From the IMG/VR virus record IMGVR_UViG_3300020576_004053, positions 1-64,000 of that record: a stretch of 64,000 nucleotides of DNA, one strand, 5' to 3'. This document shows positions 39,973 through 49,593 of the stretch, one piece after another (the stretch's first letter is position 1; every line of letters begins with the position of its first letter). The translations under genes were made by a program, and so were the position numbers. The notes under the pieces were generated by a model. That model saw nothing but the letters and a program-made list of their open reading frames with translations, did not search any database and was not told the origin of the DNA. This DNA is from a virus. Taxonomy: Duplodnaviria > Caudoviricetes.

Positions 39973-40020
39973 AAGTTGGTCCGAACCACGTGAACACATA
40001 TACGTAGTACGGACCAACTT
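39973..40020 (-). terminator. Hairpin plus U-tract after the tail tube gene, TACGTAT motif in the 5' arm
   Basis: AAGTTGGTCCG...CGGACCAACTT with inner ACUACGU/ACGUGGU stem, ending in a T5 run on the minus strand. Confidence 0.7.
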
Positions 40021-40046
40021 GAAAATACAGATTTCTGGTTGGAAAA

Positions 40047-40538
40047 TCAATAATTTAGTATACACATATCCGGCTGAATGGTGAGACTGATTTCTGCAAT
40101 ATCGTCAGTTCCCCAATCCACGTCACCAAAATTCAATTCGGTGATGATACAGCCCTTCAATAGCCATTCTTCTACCTTGTCACCAACGGGACCAGCCATA
40201 TTCAAAATAATGTCTTTCTTATAGAAATCCGCATATCCATCACGACCGGTCACTGATTCGTGGTGCAATCGGAACCATTCCATTGCGGCCTGTGCACCGG
40301 ATGGCGCAATCGGATCATACAATGTCAACTGAATCGGGGACCACTTCGTCTTACCCTTTACATAACGGGATAAGTTAATGTGCGGAAGCTCTTTCGCTTC
40401 TTGTGTAGCGGTAGGGCGACTAGCCTTACGAATGAGATATGACGGAATTCCATCGATATACATTACAAAACGGTTCTTTGTTTTTGGTTCAAATGCACTC
40501 CAAAACATCTCATTTTCTGCAATAATATTTACTGCCAT
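40047..40538 (-). CDS. Tail tube protein (gp19-like)
   Basis: FEPK..NRF, YVKGKTKW.PI.LTLYDPI.PS, ESVTGRDGY.DFYKKD, GPVGD.VEEW. Follows sheath. Confidence 0.93.
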   Translation of the reverse strand: MAVNIIAENEMFWSAFEPKTKNRFVMYIDGIPSYLIRKASRPTATQEAKELPHINLSRYVKGKTKWSPIQLTLYDPIAPSGAQAAMEWFRLHHESVTGRDGYADFYKKDIILNMAGPVGDKVEEWLLKGCIITELNFGDVDWGTDDIAEISLTIQPDMCILNY

Positions 40539-40609
40539 AGTGTTATCCTAAGTGTGGAGCAAATATGATAGCCCCGATGTGATTTACCGACATCTACAAA
40601 TACATATCA

Positions 40610-40664
40610 CTAACGTCAAAAATCCACTTAATCATATTTCTATTAAGTGGATTTTTGACGTTAG
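40610..40664. repeat. Perfect 23-bp inverted repeat with 9-nt spacer
   Basis: CTAACGTCAAAAATCCACTTAAT-CATATTTCT-ATTAAGTGGATTTTTGACGTTAG. Confidence 0.95.
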
Positions 40665-40675
40665 CGAGTTACCGT

Positions 40676-43018
40676 TTATTCGTCGAACGACGCCCCAGTG
40701 CTCATGATGTTGAAGTCAAGCTGGATGAATTCTGCCGTACGGGCGGGCTTCAACCAAATCTGACCAACCAATACGTTACGGTCAATTAAGTCCGGTGTAT
40801 TGTTTGTTTCGTCCATCACGACCTTGAAGGCATACAAGCCCGCACGTTCCTGAACATTGGACAGATATGGATTTGCAATGGATAAGAATCGATTGCGCGT
40901 TGCTTCCACATTCTGTTCGAACACCAAGTAACGTGCCGTTGAGGCAAGGAACTTCTTCACTTCGATCAACAAACGACGCACGTTAATGCGATCCAATGCG
41001 GACGGAAGCTGCTGAAGCGTCTTCTGACCCCACACGGTAATACCCTGCGCCGGGAAGAGCGCAATCGGATTTACACGACTATCATACAAGTCATCACGGT
41101 TGCTCTGATCTAGACGCGTACGTACCTGCAAGGCCGCACTAATGCCACCACGATTTAGACCGGCTGGTGCCCACCATGGAGCCGCTACACGGTCATTAAA
41201 TGCATAGACACCGCACATAACGACTGAGGGTGGTACCCAAATGTTCTTATTCGTGTTGTTATCGCGAATCTTTACCCATGGGTGATATGTTGCCGCATAG
41301 TTCGTATCCAAGTCAGACACCGCATTTACTGCAGAGTCGACCGTTGCGCCCAATACGTCACCGTCAAGAATATAGAAACAATCACCACGGGATTCGCACA
41401 TCTCAATTGCCTGTGTGACAATGTATGAATGCTGCGAATATACCACTCCCGGTAGGATGAGCAAATTGATATCCCATGCGTCAGGATTTGCCAATGCGTC
41501 AATAGCCTGTTTATACGCAATGGAGCCATCGCGATTGCTGTTAGACAAATCGAAGCCCATGGTATTCGTAGACGTAATATCGGAACCCGTATAACGAACC
41601 GCTGCTGGATTCTGACCATCAAATCCACCTTGGAACGGTACGGAGAAGCGACGGATAGATACTGCCGTTGCGGGCGTAGTATCGATGATATCTGCCGCTG
41701 CAATAGACGTTAACAAATCAAATCCAGCATCAGCTACACCACTTGCATCAATACCCACCTTCGTGGCAGAACCGGATGGTAACGGCTTGAGATATGACAA
41801 ATTCGTTTCTGACGTGAAATCAAATCCGAAATGTGTCTTACTATTAGCAACTGATACGGTTGCACCAGTTGGCGTATAGTATCGCGTAGTCACATATGAT
41901 GGTGCAGGAACATTTGCTGAATTAACCGGTGGTGACAACGGCGCAAATCCATATGGTAATGTTTCAATCGGTACAGAATCCGCACCATCTGCCATGTCAA
42001 CATACACATAGCGAGAATTATTCGGATAGTCACCGTCCAAATAGATATCGGCGTTTGCATCGATGATAGTACGCGATGTACCAATACGACGTGCAATATA
42101 ATTTGGAGATTCTGGATCTAACGTTAAATTATCAAACTGTTCCAAAATGGACTGCTTTGCATCCGTATCAGTCAATCGACGAATTAAAACAGAGAACGTG
42201 CCATACGTGTCTGCGAGTGTAGCGGGTCGAATAGATGCAATGGTGACCTTAATATCTTCATTCGCCGCATTACCATCAGATAATGTGTAGAACTTAAAGA
42301 GATTAAACTTGCCACCAGAAATTGTCTGCGAACGAATCCATGGAGTACTTGCGTTGGTATACGTTCCCCACACGGAACCGGAGAAATTCAATTCACCGGC
42401 TGCATCGGCCAATGAAACAGATCCAGAACCTGCTAATGCACCTGACACCGCACTTGCAGCCAATGGGAAATCGGCATATACATATGCGTCATGTTTGGTG
42501 AGTGGGCTAGTACCCAATACCTTTGCAAAATACACGGCAGATTCGGGATCAATAGACATAGATGTAAATGTCGTAGATCCATTGGTGCCGGAAATGGTTA
42601 AATTGAATACCGTGGGTTTACCCGTCGCCGTAAACGACGATGGATGCAATGTTACACCAGTACGACTCGGATGTAACACACCCAACGTACGAAGACCGGT
42701 GGTACTGCCGGATAGAGAGAGGATTAGCGAATTGTTGACCGTAGCATCATATCCACCCAATCCTAATACACGTACGATTGTCGCACGACTTGCTTCACCA
42801 AGATATTCATTTACTGCATACGGTGTATAGAAATCAGAAGAAGTCGATCCGAACGTGCGCTGGAAATCTTCTAAGGAATCTACAATTACCGGACGGAACG
42901 CCGGACCTTTTACAAATGGACCAACGAATGCCGCACCAATTTCCGCAATACCCTGAGGAAGATAGGACAAATCGTTTTCATTCGTAAATACACCGGGGCT
43001 GATCATTCTTTCTGCCAT
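40676..43018 (-). CDS. Tail sheath protein (gp18-like)
   Basis: SPGVFTNENDLS, GPFVKGP, WWAPAGLNRG, WGQKTLQ, DRINVRRLL, PARTAEFI. Confidence 0.97.
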   Translation of the reverse strand: MAERMISPGVFTNENDLSYLPQGIAEIGAAFVGPFVKGPAFRPVIVDSLEDFQRTFGSTSSDFYTPYAVNEYLGEASRATIVRVLGLGGYDATVNNSLILSLSGSTTGLRTLGVLHPSRTGVTLHPSSFTATGKPTVFNLTISGTNGSTTFTSMSIDPESAVYFAKVLGTSPLTKHDAYVYADFPLAASAVSGALAGSGSVSLADAAGELNFSGSVWGTYTNASTPWIRSQTISGGKFNLFKFYTLSDGNAANEDIKVTIASIRPATLADTYGTFSVLIRRLTDTDAKQSILEQFDNLTLDPESPNYIARRIGTSRTIIDANADIYLDGDYPNNSRYVYVDMADGADSVPIETLPYGFAPLSPPVNSANVPAPSYVTTRYYTPTGATVSVANSKTHFGFDFTSETNLSYLKPLPSGSATKVGIDASGVADAGFDLLTSIAAADIIDTTPATAVSIRRFSVPFQGGFDGQNPAAVRYTGSDITSTNTMGFDLSNSNRDGSIAYKQAIDALANPDAWDINLLILPGVVYSQHSYIVTQAIEMCESRGDCFYILDGDVLGATVDSAVNAVSDLDTNYAATYHPWVKIRDNNTNKNIWVPPSVVMCGVYAFNDRVAAPWWAPAGLNRGGISAALQVRTRLDQSNRDDLYDSRVNPIALFPAQGITVWGQKTLQQLPSALDRINVRRLLIEVKKFLASTARYLVFEQNVEATRNRFLSIANPYLSNVQERAGLYAFKVVMDETNNTPDLIDRNVLVGQIWLKPARTAEFIQLDFNIMSTGASFDE

Positions 43019-43039
43019 ATACTACTCTCCTGTGGTCCC

Positions 43040-43282
43040 TTAATCGGGAATAAATTCTCCGGTCTGTAAATTTACTTGACCAGTTGATCCATATGCTTCT
43101 TGCAGTGTAATAACCATAGCATTCCGGTGTTGTTCTAATTCTCGCATCTTTACCGAAATTCCATCCATTTCATCAATAATCATAAGTTTCTGAAATTGAA
43201 GCTCTCCATATCGCTTCGTAATTTCGTCAAACGTAGATTGTAACTCACGCAACGCTTCTAAATGATTCTCAGTAACTTTCAT
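43040..43282 (-). CDS. Small coiled-coil hypothetical protein
   Basis: 80 aa ending YG..GQVNLQTGEFIP. Confidence 0.7.
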   Translation of the reverse strand: MKVTENHLEALRELQSTFDEITKRYGELQFQKLMIIDEMDGISVKMRELEQHRNAMVITLQEAYGSTGQVNLQTGEFIPD

Positions 43283-43358
43283 TGGTCGAATCTCTCAAAC
43301 TGTTGATAAATAGAGTATAACTTCACCAAACATCAAATTAACATACATATCACGAATA

Positions 43359-44150
43359 TTACTTTTCGTCCAATTCTTCTTGTGTAACCACCGTTTCTAC
43401 CATGGTCACCAATTTTTTTGCCGTATACGATTTAAGTGTAGTTTGACTCAATTTACCATTTTGCACAACTCTTTCTGGCAACAAATATGCCTCAACAGTC
43501 ATATTAAATTTGGTACGAACTACACGATCTTGCGATGGCGGTAAATCCGTTTCAGATGGAAATTCATCAATGGAAATACGGAATTTGAAATTATTCCGAT
43601 TTCCCCAATATTCAAAGTTTTCAATTTGAATCTGCTGAATCAGTTCATCCATCTGGGCCTGATATTCCGTCCACAAATATACCTCGTATCGTAACTGTAC
43701 GTAATCCGGAATCATTACCTGCTGCATAGCTCTGGATGGTCGTACGTTATTCTTCAATGCAAATAAATCGTAGGTATTCCGAGGATTCCATCGATTTTCT
43801 AATGCCGTGTACATATATTTGTTATTCGGATTCATGGGTTTACTTGGTCGCACGTTCAATCGACGCATGAGAATAAGTGGTGCTTGTAATTTTCCACTCT
43901 GATCTCTAATCACACCTTCACGTCGAATTTGTGCCCAACGTTCCCCGGCTCCCGGTAATACTGGTACAATACGAATCTCACCATTTTCGACAACGGTTGG
44001 CTTGATAGTATCCTTTAAATAGTTGATCAAAATACCATTGATCTTTTCTAAAGTAATCTTAACCGCAGGTTTATCAGTTGACTCTATTTTGTTGTCATAT
44101 CCACGATTTGACTGACCTACTGGGATATCCTTATCATCGGGTTCATTCAT
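43359..44150 (-). CDS. Tail sheath stabiliser / tail terminator (gp15-like)
   Basis: VPV....ERW, GKLQAPLI, PDYVQLRYE..W. Located between neck and sheath genes. Confidence 0.7.
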   Translation of the reverse strand: MNEPDDKDIPVGQSNRGYDNKIESTDKPAVKITLEKINGILINYLKDTIKPTVVENGEIRIVPVLPGAGERWAQIRREGVIRDQSGKLQAPLILMRRLNVRPSKPMNPNNKYMYTALENRWNPRNTYDLFALKNNVRPSRAMQQVMIPDYVQLRYEVYLWTEYQAQMDELIQQIQIENFEYWGNRNNFKFRISIDEFPSETDLPPSQDRVVRTKFNMTVEAYLLPERVVQNGKLSQTTLKSYTAKKLVTMVETVVTQEELDEK

Positions 44151-44599
44151 ACTCGGGGTCGCTCAAGCTGAAGGTTCGTAGTACGCGTTAAATGTGTACT
44201 ACATACGATGGAATGATTATATCCAGTTTGGCCAGCATATAACTGTACTTCATTGGTATTGTCAATTTCATAATAGTCGTTGTGAAAATCTATGATATCA
44301 CCAGTTTCGGGATATATATTGCGAAGATCACATTCTGTACGAAGAAACGATACCTCTAATGTCTGTTGTACATCGACAGTAGATAGTGCAGCAATAGTCT
44401 GCGTTTCATCTCGTTTAATCAGTGCAGGAATTAATACGCCAACATACCATATTTTGTTTATACTTTCACCGTAGCTATTTACTTCCGTTAATTCTTGATG
44501 CATTTTATACAGCACTACCGAAGTATCTACAACGACGTTAACTAACTCTTTGTTGATTTTGAGAATTGTTGCGTAATCCTTATAGTTCGCAAATCTCAT
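44147..44599 (-). CDS. Neck/head-closure protein (gp14-like)
   Basis: N.YGES, YPETGDII.F...YYEI. Likely start ATG 44599. Confidence 0.7.
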   Translation of the reverse strand: MRFANYKDYATILKINKELVNVVVDTSVVLYKMHQELTEVNSYGESINKIWYVGVLIPALIKRDETQTIAALSTVDVQQTLEVSFLRTECDLRNIYPETGDIIDFHNDYYEIDNTNEVQLYAGQTGYNHSIVCSTHLTRTTNLQLERPRV

Positions 44600-44603
44600 G
44601 ACA

Positions 44604-45767
44604 TTATCCAATATAGATGAGGGTTGGAACATGTTTCAATAGTTCCATAGAATTTGCTTCATTTTCCTTTGACATTTCCAATTGTTTTGCACGACCGGTC
44701 AATGCCAACGTTTCACGCAACTGCTCCCACAATTTATCCTTCTCTTGTGCAGCCTCTTGTTTTAACTCAGCACCGTCGAGAGTTACTTCAGAATTAGGAA
44801 TTGGAATGGTGGCATATTTGATACGCACCGCACCCAACGTCTCCTTACTCAACGCCAACGCATATCGCCAAATCCACCGCTTACCAACGTCATTAATATT
44901 CGAATACATGATGGTGGTATATGGTACGTTTGAATAATCGCTTGCAATACCTTTCACCGTACTAATAGCTGCTGCAGATTTATCACGCTTTACATTGTAT
45001 TCAATCGTAAATGATGAGAACGTAGTTCCATCAGGAATAGGATAAATTCGAATTTTGTTGTTTGCAATTTCAAAGCTATACTGACTTCGACGCACGGTAT
45101 CGGTAAACTCAATTGCCTGTGTACGTAACAGCGTTTCATATACCGGAGTTAACAAATATTGAGTTTCAACCGCATATCCACCCCATCCGAATGCACCTAA
45201 CATATTGGATACGCCCATGCCACCCGCTGCAAATGGATCAAAAATTCTAGAAATGGCTGGTGGTGGAGAATGGAATACCCGACGTATTTCTATTTTATTA
45301 CCGCTTTCTAAGCGTGCTTCGATGTAATCTTTTAAATCATAAGCATTTACACTTGCCGTTACAGGAATTACCGCCCGCTTATAATCGACATTACCACCCG
45401 AACCGGCTTCCGTGCCATATTGTGTCGATAATTCTACTGCCATCGCTAACGGATTACCAACGACCAATGTCTGTGATACCGATGATCCGGTCGTAATTCC
45501 TTGAAGCGTAATCATATTGTCTCGCATATTAAACTCGTTAATTTGCGCACTATATTCTATTACAGCTTCTTCGAAACAGGCATAAAACATCTTATCAGTT
45601 AATTCGACCTGCATAACAGGATAACCTAACCGAAGTGCTGCCCACTCGGCAAAACGTGGTGCTTCTTCAGAAAATTCTTCATCGTCATCGAAAATTCCTT
45701 GCGGAGTTAATCCCGATGGGTCTGATCCACTTCCCGGCCAAAATACTGGTTCATACTGAATGGTCAT
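44604..45767 (-). CDS. Neck/adaptor protein (gp13-like)
   Basis: LRLGYPVMQVEL, WIWRYALALSKE.LG.VR.KY..IPIP...VTLDG. Confidence 0.88.
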   Translation of the reverse strand: MTIQYEPVFWPGSGSDPSGLTPQGIFDDDEEFSEEAPRFAEWAALRLGYPVMQVELTDKMFYACFEEAVIEYSAQINEFNMRDNMITLQGITTGSSVSQTLVVGNPLAMAVELSTQYGTEAGSGGNVDYKRAVIPVTASVNAYDLKDYIEARLESGNKIEIRRVFHSPPPAISRIFDPFAAGGMGVSNMLGAFGWGGYAVETQYLLTPVYETLLRTQAIEFTDTVRRSQYSFEIANNKIRIYPIPDGTTFSSFTIEYNVKRDKSAAAISTVKGIASDYSNVPYTTIMYSNINDVGKRWIWRYALALSKETLGAVRIKYATIPIPNSEVTLDGAELKQEAAQEKDKLWEQLRETLALTGRAKQLEMSKENEANSMELLKHVPTLIYIG

Positions 45768-45823
45768 AAAGCGATGCTCAAAAAGAGTTCATCTATATAA
45801 ATAGGCCAAAGACAGATCAACAT

Positions 45824-45865
45824 CAAAAACAAATGGGAGTAGTGACATAATCACTACTCCCATTT
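45824..45865 (-). terminator. Rho-independent terminator after the major capsid gene
   Basis: AAATGGGAGTAGTGA-CATAA-TCACTACTCCCATTT, followed by GTTTTT on the minus strand. Confidence 0.85.
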
Positions 45866-45889
45866 TACTTCTCATTCTACATCAATTGC

Positions 45890-47461
45890 TTAGACAGGAA
45901 CGCCATGGCAAATGATCTTCGCGTAGAATTCAGGACGCACCATCTTCTTCGCATAACGCGTTAGAACACCACGACGTGGCGTGAAGTTCTGCGGGTCAAG
46001 CACAAGCGGGGTCATGATTAATGGAACGTATGGAGCATACACAGCACCAGTTTCCAAGAAACTATTTCCACGGAAGCCCATCAACATCACATTACCTGCG
46101 AAGTATGGGTTCTTGTAGATCGTGAAGCGGCTCTGGAAGGAACCAACTGCAGACACACCTGACGCAAATTCGCTCTGATTGCCGTCCGTCTTCGCGGCAA
46201 AGCCGGGAATGGATTCGATAATCGTTGCAAGCTGCGGAGATACAACTGCGAAGTTAGCACCACCACGAAGCGTTAACTGATGAATCTTGTTAGACGTACG
46301 CTGCATGACCTGACCAAGCGTCTGGTACCATGTCATGTTCGTCCATGCCTGACCAGCTAATGTCGCATCGGCTGCGAAACCGGTACCGTTCCAAATCGTA
46401 CCAATATTTGCTGACCAGTAATCCGTCGTCTGAGCATTGACAAGAAGCATATCTAGCAATTCAAGATCAATTTCAAGCGAGATATACTGGCTTAACATTG
46501 CTGTCAATTCAGCTTCTGCATCAATTGAGTGATATGCATTCAAGTCCTGCGCAAGTTCCGGCGTCCAAACGGCCTTCAACTTACGGGTTTCCGCAACAAT
46601 AGGTACGGATGAAAGTTCAAGGTTGATTTCCGGAATGTTTAGATCAACACCCGTTGGCGGAATGGAAGAACCAACTACGTCTTCGAAGTCACCACGGCTC
46701 TCATCCGTAGGCTGCACAGAGTAGGTAACCTTGGCCACCGTTGCGGAACCGGACGCGCCGACCACTACGAATACCACGGAATCCTGCGCTGCATTCAACT
46801 TCGTATACTGCGGGTAGTACACCGTCCAACCAGATCCAGACGGTTCAAAAGAACGGATTGCAGTCTTATCTGCAGCCGGTAGGCTGGAGAACGGAACCGT
46901 AACCGTAGTCAAACCGGTCGGAGAGATTGCAAAATCAACAGATGCCGTTGGTGCCGGTGCATTTGCGAAAATTGCTGCAAATGACGCCGTAACTTCATTG
47001 ATGGTATATGCAAACTGACCCGCGCCGTACAAACCACCAGCCGGTGCTGCAGATGACGTGGTGTCACCATACAACGACTGACCGATTAAACGAGGTGCAC
47101 GGTTAGAACCGTACTTGAATTCCATGTAGAAGATAAGTCCAGATGGAAGATTCATAGGCTGCACGGATAGATATTCCTTTGCAGAAATTTCACCGAACAC
47201 CTTACGCACTAGGGGAAGTGCAACACCTGACCACTGTTCGGCATTCGTTGCCGTACCAGTGCGAGATGCTTCCGTGACTAGCTGGAATGCCTGATTTTCA
47301 AGCATTAGAGCCATGTTGCCACGTTCTGTTTCATTTTTTAGCCCTTCTAACAGACCAGTCTTCTGCCACTTCGATGCCAAGCCACGAATGTGACGAAGCA
47401 TTTCATCATTTGGACGAGAAGATTCTGCTAGGAGCTTAGTTAAATCGAAAGTACCAGCCAT
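45890..47461 (-). CDS. Major capsid protein (gp23-like)
   Basis: LENQA, VQPMNLPSGLIF, TRKLKAVWTPELAQDLNAYHSIDAEAEL, YAPYVPL, TRYAKK. Confidence 0.98.
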   Translation of the reverse strand: MAGTFDLTKLLAESSRPNDEMLRHIRGLASKWQKTGLLEGLKNETERGNMALMLENQAFQLVTEASRTGTATNAEQWSGVALPLVRKVFGEISAKEYLSVQPMNLPSGLIFYMEFKYGSNRAPRLIGQSLYGDTTSSAAPAGGLYGAGQFAYTINEVTASFAAIFANAPAPTASVDFAISPTGLTTVTVPFSSLPAADKTAIRSFEPSGSGWTVYYPQYTKLNAAQDSVVFVVVGASGSATVAKVTYSVQPTDESRGDFEDVVGSSIPPTGVDLNIPEINLELSSVPIVAETRKLKAVWTPELAQDLNAYHSIDAEAELTAMLSQYISLEIDLELLDMLLVNAQTTDYWSANIGTIWNGTGFAADATLAGQAWTNMTWYQTLGQVMQRTSNKIHQLTLRGGANFAVVSPQLATIIESIPGFAAKTDGNQSEFASGVSAVGSFQSRFTIYKNPYFAGNVMLMGFRGNSFLETGAVYAPYVPLIMTPLVLDPQNFTPRRGVLTRYAKKMVRPEFYAKIICHGVPV

Positions 47462-47480
47462 TGAGATATACTCCTAAAAA

Positions 47481-48782
47481 TTATAGAATTTTGGTAATGC
47501 CAGCCAACTTCTGCATACGACTACGGAACTGTTCATCAGCCGCCTGAGCATCCGCCGTAGCTGCTTCATTGATAGATTTCGTAGAACGGGTTGGACGTGA
47601 TGCCAAGCCTTCCTTGATCGACGTAGCAGTCTGTTTACGTGCTGCAGACTTACCACCAGTCTTACCTAAAAATGATTCTGCTAACGTCATATACACCAAC
47701 TTCACTTCACGTAGAGTTTTTGCTTTATCAAACGTCTCTACCACACGCATTTTCTTCGATGCGTCGAGTTCAAAGCCACGGAACAACTTATTCGTATACA
47801 ACAGCTTTGAATTGAGAATATTCAATTCATTTAGCTTGTCCTTCAGATACACCACTACATCGCGGTGTTCACGAAGCCGTGCTTTTAGCTCTACGTTTTC
47901 GGCAGCAATCTTTTTGGATTCTTCCCAAGGCTTCTTGGATTCAGCTTCCTCTGCTTCCACTTCACGCAGAATTTCTTCGATATCAAGTGCTTCTAGCATT
48001 TCGTGTTCGGCTTCTTCTTGTCCTGCCTTTACTTCCTTTCCACCATTTACGCCATCAACTGCCTTTTGCGCACTACCGTCTTTTCCTTCACCATTCTTAA
48101 ACGTTGAATCGGTTTCAATCGTCTCACCAATTCCATGCGCAAACTTCGCGGACTGAGGGTGCTTACCAGCCATAGGATCGTCATATCCTTCCATAGGCTG
48201 ATCGTCCATCGGAGCGTCTAGCGGTGGTTCTGATGCACCCAATGAATCGCCGCCGCCCATCACATCAGCTTCAAGCTGCTGGATAATTGCTTCAAGGTCC
48301 AATTCATCAACGTCACCATCCATATCACCGTCCATACCGCCACCCATACCATCCATTTCCCCGCCACCAAATGCCGGTGCACCATCATTTTCAGGCGCAA
48401 CCTGCATATCTACGCCGCCCATGTTGTCGTCATCGTCAAACGGTAGATCGGTTTCGTTCACAGCCTTTGGCTTTGAATTTGGACCGTCTAAATCCTTAAC
48501 TTCGATACCCTTATTTTCGATATCGGACGAATCATGTGCTGCCTTCGATGGATCTTTTGGAGCCGGATCTTTCACCGTTACACCCGCACCACCGATTTCT
48601 GAAGAGTCGAGGGTGTTCTGTTCACCCAACGATTCAATTTCTGTACGAAGCTTTGCAGATAGCGCACTTGCCAACTGTGGGCGAAACGCTTCTTCAAGCT
48701 GTGCTCGTGCATTCGCAATTGCCGTTTCCTGAATCATATTAGCATCAGCAATTGCTTCACGTAGCAACTTGTCTCTCATCAT
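47481..48782 (-). CDS. Prohead scaffold/core protein
   Basis: LLREAIADA, acidic low-complexity middle, LNELNILNSKLLYTNKLF, RMQKLAGI. Directly upstream of the capsid gene. Confidence 0.85.
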   Translation of the reverse strand: MMRDKLLREAIADANMIQETAIANARAQLEEAFRPQLASALSAKLRTEIESLGEQNTLDSSEIGGAGVTVKDPAPKDPSKAAHDSSDIENKGIEVKDLDGPNSKPKAVNETDLPFDDDDNMGGVDMQVAPENDGAPAFGGGEMDGMGGGMDGDMDGDVDELDLEAIIQQLEADVMGGGDSLGASEPPLDAPMDDQPMEGYDDPMAGKHPQSAKFAHGIGETIETDSTFKNGEGKDGSAQKAVDGVNGGKEVKAGQEEAEHEMLEALDIEEILREVEAEEAESKKPWEESKKIAAENVELKARLREHRDVVVYLKDKLNELNILNSKLLYTNKLFRGFELDASKKMRVVETFDKAKTLREVKLVYMTLAESFLGKTGGKSAARKQTATSIKEGLASRPTRSTKSINEAATADAQAADEQFRSRMQKLAGITKIL

Positions 48783-48808
48783 TGCACATCTCCTATAAAC
48801 AAAAAGAA

Positions 48809-48893
48809 AAGGCTATTCGAAGCCTCTATCACGAAAATTCACTCGTGAACACAGGACATCTTATAGCCTTCAAAAAGATGTATTAAAAGTGTT
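48809..48893 (-). promoter_or_regulatory. Candidate structured RNA leader of the scaffold-capsid operon
   Basis: Four stems plus an 8-nt loop-to-downstream complementarity (AAGGCUAU/AUAGCCUU), between a TATTTAT motif and the AGGAG RBS. Confidence 0.6.
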
Positions 48894-48937
48894 GTGCCAA
48901 TAAATAGCGTTGGATATTTCTAAACAACAATTTTCTA

Positions 48938-49222
48938 CTAAAAATTATTATGATTTTTAGAATACCACTGTTGTTTTCTCTCATCGCGTCTTTTTTGACG
49001 TTGCGACTCTTCTCGTTTAAACCGTCGCGTCTTTGCAGGAGACTTGTAAAATTCGCGGCGACTTACTTCTTGAAGAATTCCACTCTTCTTTACAAGTTTC
49101 TTAAATTCAGTGAGTGCAGAATCTACATCATCACGATGTTTTTTATCGGAAGTAAACTTTACTGACACTTCAATACCGCGCACCTTTGATGCACCAGTTT
49201 GTTTGTTCTTATGTCCTGACAT
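48938..49222 (-). CDS. rpsU: Phage-encoded ribosomal protein bS21
   Basis: V.V......VDSALTEFKKLVKKSGILQEVSRREFYKSPAKTRRFKREE matches the bS21 pattern AL..FK......G...E...R.FY.KP...R. Confidence 0.88.
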   Translation of the reverse strand: MSGHKNKQTGASKVRGIEVSVKFTSDKKHRDDVDSALTEFKKLVKKSGILQEVSRREFYKSPAKTRRFKREESQRQKRRDERKQQWYSKNHNNF

Positions 49223-49233
49223 ATTATCCGTAT

Positions 49234-49584
49234 TTATCCTATTTCATTATTTGGAGGAAGGACCACGGGAGATGGTGGTAATGGATCAGTACGTATTTCA
49301 CGGACATCAGTAGATGTAGTAACTGCCGGTAGTGGCCCCTTTCTAAACCATGCCATATTTTCTAACCACAATTTTACCAACCATGTCGGGCTAGATAATA
49401 CAACCGTAGTCGCATACACAACTAAGAATGCATCTAATAATGGTTCACTTAATACCCACCGCTGTACACTTACCAACGTAATCCAAAACATGAAAAAAAT
49501 GTTAAATGACCATAGAAATAATTGAGATAGATCTATGTCATCTCCCTTGGTAAAAACTAATCTATAAATAAAGTTCTTCATCAT
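49234..49584 (-). CDS. Small membrane protein (possible holin)
   Basis: Two hydrophobic segments and a polar Pro-rich C-terminus. Confidence 0.5.
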   Translation of the reverse strand: MMKNFIYRLVFTKGDDIDLSQLFLWSFNIFFMFWITLVSVQRWVLSEPLLDAFLVVYATTVVLSSPTWLVKLWLENMAWFRKGPLPAVTTSTDVREIRTDPLPPSPVVLPPNNEIG

Positions 49585-49593
49585 ACGTCTCGG

